64,000 nucleotides of DNA, taken from Octopus sinensis (lineage: Eukaryota). Shown here one piece after another: positions 53,195 to 64,000 of this stretch (within the stretch, counting starts at the first letter, position 1; each line of letters opens with the position of its first letter). The position numbers and the translations under genes are program-made. The stretch lies in contig NC_043003.1 of NCBI RefSeq assembly GCF_006345805.1, positions 32,054,001-32,118,000 of the forward strand, written 5' to 3'. Below the pieces are notes generated by a model. The model was given only the letters and a program-made list of their open reading frames with translations. It was not told the DNA's origin and ran no database searches.

Positions 53195-53992
53195 AATGAA
53201 GTTCATTGCATAATCTCCTATTCTTTTGTCATTTATTTAAATTCACACACACACACACGGGTTCTCGCGCGCGCCCACACGCACATGTACACATACACAC
53301 ACACATTATGTAAAGAATTATATTCGGTTCACTAAAACTTCTTTGGAAAGAACAGTTGGTCAACACTACTGTTTCTTCTAAAACATCTGAAATATCTTTG
53401 GACCAAAAATATTTGTAGCTAAGGAAAATTATTTGTACTTGTATGTTATTACGAAATCAAATCAAGTAAGACCACGTTGCGATTATAATAAGGACATGCT
53501 CATTGTATTTCAGCGAAAATTAATGTTGTACCCTCAGAATTCTATAAGAAAGTAAACTTTGAGATGATTATACTGCTTCTTCATGAATCTAACTGTTCGA
53601 AATATTATTAAGTCTCGTGGTAGAACACCTGAGAAATGCAACAATCAAATTCATTAAGTTCCTTTGTGACTATACATTTTATTCTTGACTCTTTTTATCA
53701 TAACACAAACTTTTTTTCTCTGGAATATTTCAAAATGGTTGATGGATGTCGGATAGGTTTGTGAAATGGAGCAATAAAACCCCTTAACCAAGTCAAACAT
53801 GTGTTTTTGTCTATTTTATCTTGGTTTACAGATAAATATACGATCTGTTCACTCATCTCCTTTGTTGCCTCAGAATTCGTAAATTATAGGGTACACATTC
53901 AAAACTTGTAAAATTTCAGCTTAAAATAGTTTTTATCATAGTATTCCTAAAATTGTACCGAGATCTTTTGAGTCTCCATTGGAGGGTTCCAC

Positions 53993-54030
<38 letters not shown>

Positions 54031-54039
54031 TACATATAT

Positions 54040-54203
54040 ACGACAGGCTTCTTTCAGTTTCCGTCTGCCAAATCCACTCACAAGGTTTTGGTCGACCCGA
54101 GGCTATAGCAGAAGACACTTGCCCAAGATGCCACGCAGTGGGACTGAACCCGGAACCATGTCGTTGGTTAGCAAGCTACTTACCACACACCCACTTCTGC
54201 GCC
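54040..54203 (-). mobile_element. SINE family A, 5' half
   Basis: Closely matches the reverse complement of 38951-39113. Confidence 0.92.
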
Positions 54204-54219
54204 TATCTATCTATCTATC

Positions 54220-54274
<55 letters not shown>

Positions 54275-54280
54275 AATCTA

Positions 54281-54320
<40 letters not shown>

Positions 54321-54602
54321 ATATATATATATATTATATATATATATATTATATATATATATATATATATATTTGTGCGTGTGCGTGTGTGTGTATGTGG
54401 GCGTATGTGTGTGTACACACCTATATCTATATATGTATAAATGCGCTCGTATACGTGAGTGTAATGCATATACATACGCAAAGACATGCCGGTACAAATG
54501 TACTACCTCATACATAGTCCATTTCTCTCTTTCACCAGCCCCACACACTTACGCTAAGAATCAAATGCATAATCCAAGATATACATATATATATATATGG
54601 AT

Positions 54603-54634
54603 TTGATAAGTGCCACGGACGAAACTCTTGAGCT
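54603..54634 (+). ncRNA. Degenerate hammerhead relic of the GTCC-CAC-GGAC type
   Basis: TTGATAA-GTGC-CAC-GGAC-GAAAC-TCTTGA-GCT. Confidence 0.45.
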
Positions 54635-55166
54635 GCATTTTTAACTTCCTGCGTATTAAATGTATATATACCTACGTATGCATATACTTTTACATATGTG
54701 TGTGTGTGTGCATGTGTGGGCGTGTGCGTTTACATACTGCCCTACTTACCTACCTAATACCTACCCTCCTAACTACTCTCCTACCGATCTACCTAACTAA
54801 CTAAATAACTAACTACCTACATATATACATGCATACATACAACTTACATACATATACACGTACACGCATATGTACATACATTCATCGAGAGATAATCACA
54901 TGGATTTCAATATTCGTTATTGATATGGGGATTAGAATGGTATCATGTTTTAAAATATATATCAGTTTATAATGGAGTAAAGCCAAACTATGCCATTTCA
55001 ATACAGCGTGTACTTGAATATATTAAAAGCCGGAGTCTTATCAGCAGATAATATCTTAAAGTTATGGCTCGCAGTAGTCACATGGATACACAAATTATTG
55101 CAGATTTATATTACTCTTATTCAGACGGCAATTTTGACATACAAACAATCGAACATACATTATCAA

Positions 55167-55396
<230 letters not shown>

Positions 55397-55566
55397 GCAG
55401 ACTTATGCATAGCCATGCGATGCAACCAAAACTAACATCGTACACAGGAAAGACTGTGTACACACACGCACACACCAGTATATATAACCACAATATAAAG
55501 CCGCAGAAGAGGAATGGCTGTGTGTGGTGTATGTTTAAATGTTTGTGTACATATATACACACACAT

Positions 55567-55628
<62 letters not shown>

Positions 55629-55740
55629 TTGTATGTATATATATATATATATATATACACACCTTCTGTTACACTGTCTGTGTGTTTGTGTCTAACTCTG
55701 TGTGTTTTTGCACGTATGTGCGTATGTATGTATGTATACG

Positions 55741-55800
55741 CGCTTTTACCCTTTTACTCGTTTCAGACATACGGCTTCTGTCATGCTGGAGCACCACTGT
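55741..55800 (-). mobile_element. SINE family A 3' tail fragment
   Basis: CTTTTACTCGTTTCAG..CATGCTGGAGCACC. Confidence 0.7.
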
Positions 55801-56029
55801 GGTCTTGCTGATTTCCTCAGTCTGGGGTGTTTCACATCGCCACTCCTGTATGTGCCTTTGTCCCATCTGTTTACTCATTTGGTATGTTAGGGAGTTTGAT
55901 TCTGCTGCCCCCGTTGGTATCTTCTATCGGGCTGTTGGTTCATCTGGTATTGTAGAGATGAGGATATGCTTATTTCATTCTTGAAGACAACTACTTCCAC
56001 CTTATGCAAATTTCTTGAACTGTGGGTCT

Positions 56030-56470
56030 TTGAACCCTAGGCTATTGCAGAAGCTGATCCTGAATTTTTTAGATTGGGTGGATAGTTCCTTTGATACAAT
56101 TCAATCTTGGCAAGTTCGGGAATTTGTATAAATTCAACGCCAAAATTAGCTTTTAGCCCTTCTAGAGATTTCCATATGTAGATTCTTACATATCTGTCGC
56201 ACCTTCGCCCCAGGGAGTAAAGTTGTAGTTCTTTCAGCCTCTGCCTGTAGCTCATCCGCTGCGATGTTTCACTTTTTGTAATGTAGCGGCGTTGGATTGC
56301 TTCAAGCTGCACCGTTAGTTTGGCATTGTGTGGTGACAATAACTGGGAGTAATAGTCCAAGCGGCTGAGGATAACGGTTCTCCAAAGAACCAACAGTTTC
56401 TTGGTCTCGTGTTTGGAAGGACCATAGTGTCCTCCTGCTAGTTGTGTGCCATCTTGATAATGTGCATATG
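56030..56470 (-). mobile_element. CR1-group LINE ORF2 C-terminal fragment (same family as 7960-10020)
   Basis: WRTVILSRLDYYSQLLSPH..LEAIQRRYIT..MSYRQRLKELQLYSLGRR.DRY..IYIWKSLEGL. Confidence 0.88.
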
Positions 56471-56854
56471 AAATAAAGCATCATTGCACATAATAATTCC
56501 TAAGTCTTTCACTGTCTGTAACTCTGGGATTCCAGTACCTTCGGCTCCTGCAAATGCAAGATGTAGTGAATTCGTGAGTTGATAGTGCAGTGCTTGTAAT
56601 TTTCCAGCATTAAACTACGTGTTTACTTCGGCCGAATTACATATCGAATTCAGGTCCCGCTATAAGGTTGCGCCATCTTAATTTTTTATTACCTTTCATA
56701 TTTTTGTTTCTAGTGACAGTGACTCTCCGAGTGACCGTAGGTATGAGCAGTAATGACCCCAGAAAAATTCCCTGGGGGACGTCACTTAGTGTTTCAATTG
56801 CCCCAAAAAGGTACCATTGGCTGCAAATGCCTGACTTTTGTCTTTAACCAAATC

Positions 56855-56902
<48 letters not shown>

Positions 56903-57721
56903 CTATCTCTGTGTGTGTGTGTATTATCAGAGGCAACTCCAGCTCATCAGCGTCGCTCGGGCTCACAACAGATTTCGTTACATGGGCTCTTCACAGATTT
57001 TGCATAAGACACATGCCTGTTCGAAGAATTTCACATTTTTCTGCAATATTTCTTGCCACAAATGGCTTATTTTTTATATCTAGTATTATGCCTTTCTCCA
57101 TTTCTACAATAAAGGTAAAATGAAAGCAACTCTGCAAAACGCAACTGGCATTTACACATACAGGCACAGAATTATAGTAGTCAGATAGCGATAGCGGAGT
57201 GCACGACAAACACCACCGATCTAACTATCGCCTGTATTCTTGACTAGAGACGCCAGTTTGTCTTCTACATCTACCAGGCTCGTTCATATTAGGCCGAGTT
57301 GCGAGGATGATTTTTGTTCTTTTAAGAATATTGTGGAACGGAAGCATTTCATAGATTGGAATTTAAATCATAATCTGTATAGGAATTTATTGTTTCATGA
57401 AAACATTGAATTTGAATTACTTTTATTTTTTATGATTATAGATAACAGCTCGGGCTGTAACTTCTGAGCCAAATTCAGTCGCGTGTGAACGATATCGAAA
57501 GCTATTTTTTGACACAGGACGACCAGCAGACACTGACTGGAAATAAATGAACTGCAACCATGTTCAATGAAAGAGCCCAAGTTATTGGCTGCTATAACAC
57601 ACTTGATTGTTGGCAGAAATTAAATCGACTTGAAAATACACATTCACTTCAGTAAATCTTGGGCTAAGCCTGAAAAGCCCGAATGCCTGAGTCGCCACTG
57701 ATATATGAATGTATATGTATA

Positions 57722-57774
<53 letters not shown>

Positions 57775-57784
57775 TTAGAATAAC

Positions 57785-57825
57785 TTAGAAAGGTTTTGGC
57801 CAGTATTGACCCAGGCCATGTCTAA
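57785..57825 (-). ncRNA. Second copy of the non-canonical hammerhead-like micro-element
   Basis: TTAGA-CATGGCCTG-GGTCA(ATAC)TGGCC-AAAACCT-T-TCTAA. Confidence 0.4.
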
Positions 57826-58006
57826 CTTAATAGCATATATATATATGTATAAACATAACTGGATAAATAGATAGATAGGTACACACACAACATATATGTA
57901 TATAAACATAATACATATATATATATATACATATATACGTGTGTATTATATTTATATATATATATATATATATACTTATATATATACATGTGTATATATA
58001 TGTATG

Positions 58007-58068
<62 letters not shown>

Positions 58069-58269
58069 TCTGTTACTGACTTTAATCAGAGATTGGGGCC
58101 ATACTGGAGCAAGGTGTTTGAATGTCTTTTCTGTGCCATTTTTGAATGAAATAGTAAGTAGGACACACATAAGCCAGTATATAAAACCAGTCACTGACGT
58201 TTTTTACAAGCAATGACCGTATACACACCCACCAACACCACACACACACATATGTATGTATATATGTGC

Positions 58270-58301
<32 letters not shown>

Positions 58302-58700
58302 TATATATACATATATATTATATATATGTATACACACCGGCAAGCAAAAAGCCAGTCTATATTTGGCTCCATCAAAGAATAATATATATTGTATGAGTGA
58401 TTAAATGCCTAGACCAAACATGTAAGCTGTCATTGTTTTCTGAAATGCATTAGTGAAGTAACCAACCTTTGAGAGAAAAAGCACACGATCGATATTAGAT
58501 CGTTGATCATGGTTAGGTTTTTGATATCAACTGTCCACATACCCCGCATCTGTTCAAGTATGCTTATATACTACAAAACCATTTATGCATAAAATCAGTC
58601 TTTTCCAAACACACATACGCGTCCGCACGCAAGCTCACACATTCGTATTGATAGATTTGCAACAAATATTATATGAATACACACGCATATACATATAAGC

Positions 58701-58801
<101 letters not shown>

Positions 58802-59044
58802 CTCAGTCGCACGAGTTAGCTTTTCCATCTGACTTTTCAGCATGTCCACTTGCTCCAGACGGACCCTCTACAGAAAATCTGTTCTTCCCACCCTGTCTCG
58901 AAGGAATTACAATTTGCCCGTTCTCTCCTGAAATATTTACTAAAATATAAAGAAATACGTATACGGGTGTATATAAATATATGTGTGTATATAAATATAC
59001 ATCTAAGTTCGTGTGCCTCTGTGTGTTCCTTGTATAGATTTAGT

Positions 59045-59118
<74 letters not shown>

Positions 59119-59121
59119 CAA

Positions 59122-59187
<66 letters not shown>

Positions 59188-59215
59188 CTATGTATCTATC
59201 TATTTATCTATCTAG
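59045..59215. repeat. (TCTA)n microsatellite
   Basis: Direct reading. Confidence 0.97.
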
Positions 59216-59419
59216 AAAATGTGTATGTGCATATACTATATACGTATATGCACGCGTGCACACGCAATTGTGCTTACATACAAATACACAACAACGCGCG
59301 CGCGAACACACACATACACACACACAAGCACACATATCAATGATCCTTCACAAGCAATAGACTGAGAAATAGAGTAATAAGGCCGGTTCTCCGGAATCTG
59401 TGGCGTAAATATCCATCCC

Positions 59420-59555
59420 CAACCACCGCTGGATGAGACGCCAGTCCGTCGCAGAAATACTCATTTTTGCCTGCTTAGTGGAGTGAAACAACCTGAAATG
59501 AAGTGTGTTGCTCAAGAACAGAGCGCATCACCCTGTCCAGAAATCAAAACGACAA
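59420..59555 (-). mobile_element. SINE family C fragment
   Basis: GGATGAGACGCCAGTCCGTCGCAG..TGAAATGAAGTG..GCTCAAGAAC..CCCTGTCCAGAAATC. Confidence 0.7.
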
Positions 59556-60879
59556 ACATATAATAATGAACGAAACACACTAATCTATATACCACGCATC
59601 TTCATAAATATACGTAGATACCTATGATCTTGACGTGTGTATATATAACGTAGTACATGTACAGCTGAATTTGTTTGGCAAAACTTATATGACTGCATTT
59701 GTACGGCACAGTTATATGACTAGTATTCGCGCGAATTATCTTTGAGAAACCTTTGTAATTCAAATATAGATAACGATGGAAATAGCATATTGTGCTAGTC
59801 TAGTAGCGTTTGCATGTACGTGTGGTTGCCTATTGAATTATGAGTGCAATATTTAGTATGTGGACATATGTAAGTGCATGTGAAATGTAATTTTGAGGAC
59901 ATATGTTAGTGTTGATACGATGTACGTGTGAGTTTAATGTGTGAATGTATATCAATCCGTATCCATGTTTTTTAGTATAAGCGTGTGTGTGTGTTGATAC
60001 AAGCAAATATTTTCTCCGTTTTTACATCAGAATTTCTGTTTTTATGAGTGTGTTTGATCGTGTGTGAGTGTGTATATGTCAGTGTATGTGTCAGTCTGTG
60101 CGTGTGCACGCGTGTGTTTGTGCATGCATGTATGTACGTACGTGTGTGTGAGCGAGAGACAGAGAGAGAGAGAGAGTCTGTGATTGTGTGTCTATGCTTA
60201 TGTGCGTGTGCCTGTGTGCATGATTGCGTGCGCGCGCGTGTGTTTCCATATGTGTAAAAGACGATGTTGTTTTACAATTTTTTTAGATATTCCCTAGAGA
60301 AGAAACGAAACTAGTTTCCTAATAACGGTTGATAGTTAAATAAATAAAACTAATTTGCATTTATGTTTTGTGTGCTTTGCCTTTATCAGGGTTTGCTCTC
60401 GTATCTTTTCTTTCTTTGCTTTAAACAGAAGCCAGCAGCAACACTTCAATGTGTTAGACAGGAGGAGGTCATATTTGCTTCGCATATTAGTGGAGAAGTG
60501 TTTAAGCACTAGAGATTCAAATCAAATACACTGAACAGGGCAACAATTGTTTTCGATTTGTTTGCTGATGAAGCGGTATTTGTGGCAACTTTCTTTGATA
60601 TTGCCATATCATTTGTGAAACATTTCTCGCATGCTGTTAAAATCTTTCGTTTAGCCTAAATCTTAAATGCTTTTTATTCACCGACCCAAGACAACTCCTG
60701 AGCATAAAGGAGGAGTAAAACTCACCAAACCTGTCCTTAATACTCCTGTAAACTGCATAAAAATTGATAGGGACGATTTGAAATAAGTTCTTTCCCTATT
60801 TGGAGAATAGAATTAATACAAGCGCCTCTCTTGATAGTGAGTTCTTTAATAGTTTGTCTAAAGCAACGACGCATCCTAT

Positions 60880-61260
60880 CGTATATTGTTGGACTGAGTT
60901 TGGAACGTGAGATGCCTACTCTGAAAAGAAAATTTGATGAATGCGTACCTGCAGTAATTGCTACTTTAGTCTACGAGTCTGATATTTGGACATTCTGTAT
61001 GTCTCTATAGAAGAATTAGACACCTTCCAGAATCGTTGCTTCCATAAAACTAATACAGAGAATAATTGAGGCCGTAATGTTGATGGCTTCGAGGAGAGTA
61101 GCATCCTAGATATTACAGCTTTTCTTATCCAGTTTCACTTTAGATGGATTGATCAAGTAATTCGGACTACGTGGAAAACACCCAGTCCTGGTTTTCTGTT
61201 ACATCCAACATTATAGATTTGTTTGAGTGATCATTACTAAGATTCAAAGATCAATTGAGT
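60880..61260 (+). mobile_element. RTE-clade LINE C-terminal relic
   Basis: VIATLVYESDIWT..EELDTFQNRCFHK..FRWIDQVIR..RFKDQL. Confidence 0.7.
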
Positions 61261-61769
61261 TCGAATTCATATATTTTTAAATGTATCCATACCATAATTT
61301 TAAATGAATATACATAGAATAGTGTTAATTATAGAAGCAAACACTATGCTATGAACCATAGTAATTTTGTTCTCATGGTTAGTTCGGTATGCTGACAACA
61401 TATGGGGAAAACGAGAATATTAATTCCAGCATGTCACCGTTTTGCTCTTCACTGTTTTCAATGCTATTATGACAACTGTCCGCTACTGGGCAGGTCTTGT
61501 GCATGTAAATCTTCTTGAGCACTTACTATATGTGAGGGCTCATACTCTCCACTGCTGTCGTCAAGTATATTTCTGGAATTTCGGCATCCATGACTGGGCT
61601 TGGGATGCATACTGGGATGGAGTTTTTTTTGTTGCTTTCTCCTGGCAGATGGCATTTGAACCCTGAATGTATAGATCCGGAATATATATATATATTTATA
61701 TATATATATATATATACCGTAAAGTATTTCTGACGACGCAGTAACGATTCTACCACACGCACACCGCGA

Positions 61770-61870
61770 CATGAGATGAAGTATGTTTCTCACCGCCCGG
61801 TCCGGAAATCGACACTACGATCTAGCTATCGTAAGCGCAACACTATGATCACTGGGCCAACCGCCTCTAC
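61770..61870 (-). mobile_element. SINE family C 5' fragment
   Basis: GAGATGAAGT..CGCCCGGTCCGGAAATCGAC..CACTGGGCC. Confidence 0.65.
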
Positions 61871-62299
61871 GAGAACTGTACTCATGATTATAGATCTAAA
61901 GCTGGTTTGATTTCTTACAAAGACTTGATACTTTTGTGAGATGCTGAAACATTGTGCGTTGAAATTGACAAGCGTTTCTTATCACACAGGCATAAATATA
62001 TAAAGTATAATAAAGACACATAGCATGATAACGAACTATAATATTTCATTAGAGAACAAGTCTATGGCAAATAAATCCGTGTTACTTACACATGAAGTTT
62101 AAGCAATAAATATGACAAAGAAAAGTTGTAATATTTCCAATATTTTTGCTCTGATATTCTGCTTGAGTCGACTTAACTTTTATTAACCAAGAAAGGAGAC
62201 ATTAAATAACGATAGCTTAGACTATCACTATACTTACATTATGTGAAGTTGCTAACAAGACTGCACTGAACACATTAATCTCTCTCTGTCTCTGTCAAT

Positions 62300-62300
62300 A

Positions 62301-62385
<85 letters not shown>

Positions 62386-62534
62386 GTCTATCTATCTATC
62401 TATCTATCTATATATATATATATATATATATATATCTAGCTAGCTACCTATCTATATGTCTATCTATCTATCTATTTATCTATCTATCGATCTGCCTGTC
62501 TGTCTGTCTGCCTGTCTGTCTGTCTTTCTGGCTG

Positions 62535-62608
<74 letters not shown>

Positions 62609-62712
62609 CATCCATCCATCCATCCATCCATCCATCTATCTATCTATCTATCTATCTATCCATCTATCTATCTATTCATCCATCCATCTATCTATCTATC
62701 TATCTATCTATC

Positions 62713-62748
<36 letters not shown>

Positions 62749-62770
62749 CTATCTATCTTTCTTTCAATCA
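62300..62770. repeat. Compound (TCTA)n/(TA)n/(TCTG)n/(TCCA)n microsatellite
   Basis: Direct reading. Confidence 0.97.
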
Positions 62771-64000
62771 ATCTATCTATCGATCTATTTATTTCCCTTT
62801 GTCTTTCTGTATCTGTCTATCTTTTTCTCTTTCTCTCTATCTCACCTTCTGTCTGTCTGTCTGTCTGTCTCTCCCACTCTCTCCCCTCTCCCTCCCACTT
62901 TCCCCCTCTCTCTCCCCGTTCATGTTTGGATATGCGTGTTTATGTATGTAGTTATGTATGTACTCATATATGTTTTCTAAGATACTGACATCAGGCTTTC
63001 AGCAGAGATCAGACTTAGCATAAGATGCCCGCTACCTGCCTTCTAAACCTTAAACTTTGCATCAGAGGACTTTAGACTTGAGTGACATAAGAAATTCTGG
63101 TTAATGTGCTTCTGCAGACATTCATTACAGGTTCCATCCTTTCCATCATGGCTTTAGTAGCATGGTTTGTTTTACTCATAGCTGCATTGCAACATGTATT
63201 GGCGTGGCTTTCCTTGATCTCTCTATTACCAAGTATACTGTTTCCCGAAGTTCAGTTTAATGTCCTATAATCGGAATGACATATATGACCGTCTAGCATT
63301 TACTGCTACCCGCCACACACAAAGATAAGTACCATTCTTCTAATTCTATTTTCGTATCTAAAATGTTACTACCTGTACGCAGGCAATATTCCAAGACCGC
63401 ACATTCAAAACAGAGGATTCAACTGGTTGGAAAATACTCTTTTACCAACATAAATACAATTGCTAGATAGGAAGCTAGGAATCTATGAACCCAATAATGG
63501 AACTTATATCATGTCGCTACTACTACAAAAAATAACTGCCAAATGACTCTCAACCATACCATCGTTTATAAAGAGCATATTGCAATTCTGGAAAAGCAGA
63601 TCAGAAAACAAGCAATACTGGCGTAACTAGAAAGTCTTCGACCAGGAGTCTGCACTACGGGAGTTGACAAGTGGCTAAACAATACCGTCAAGTTTCTTAT
63701 AAATCTCTTGTTTCTCTCTTCTGTCTCTCCTATGTGGCATCTGCTTCTCTGAAATTTTAAAGGGGACACTGTCTCCACTCAAAGGACCTTAAATTTCTCA
63801 ATGTCTCTATTAAGCCCCAACTACAGATTCCATCCTTAATGATTTGCTCAATTATTTCCACCAAGATTCTCTCCCAGCTTACAACATTCAGAAATTAACT
63901 TTGAACACTTGCCTATTTTTTGGTCCAGAAAAGTCATAAATTCTGACTCTTGTCTATTGATTTATAGATAAACAGAAAAATTTACATTTTTATTTTAACT

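Noticed and set aside
56930-56985. CTGATGAGC and GAAA in type II hammerhead order (minus strand)
   Set aside because: The stems do not pair.
58803-58930. Exon-like segment with acceptors on both strands
   Set aside because: The frames are short or terminate, and I recognise no protein.
60565-60625. CTGATGA...GAAACATT with an internal hairpin
   Set aside because: The base of stem II is mostly wobble or mismatch, and stem I is absent.
63440-63990. Possible LINE (L1/Tx1-like) relic and a 70-aa ORF
   Set aside because: I found no diagnostic motif that I can support.

Overview
This is AT-rich, microsatellite-saturated eukaryotic DNA. The repeat families look like those of Octopus, so it is probably intronic or intergenic octopod sequence (recognised from memory, not searched). 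I found no host protein-coding gene with confidence, and nearly all long ORFs in the track are microsatellite translations. The window contains decayed LINE fragments (CR1-like, RTE-like, R4/Dong-like) and a Penelope-like element (PLE) ORF fragment. It also holds four mariner relics (one near full length with both TIRs), a complete non-autonomous Helitron, and many tRNA-derived SINEs, including a head-to-tail array of seven. Two patterns stand out. First, about ten minimal hammerhead-ribozyme (HHR) or HHR-like motifs sit in short T-rich islands, most of them inside or beside (TA)n tracts. They include a tRNA-head plus hammerhead composite (42.4-42.75 kb), an A6U core variant (52.8 kb), and a two-copy ~70-bp micro-element with hammerhead architecture but a non-canonical core strand and a compensatory base change (1.9 and 57.8 kb). 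Second, four fold-back inverted duplications (arms of 47-204 bp) each have one arm ending in a (TA)n tract. All structures were read by eye, and ribozyme activity is untested.
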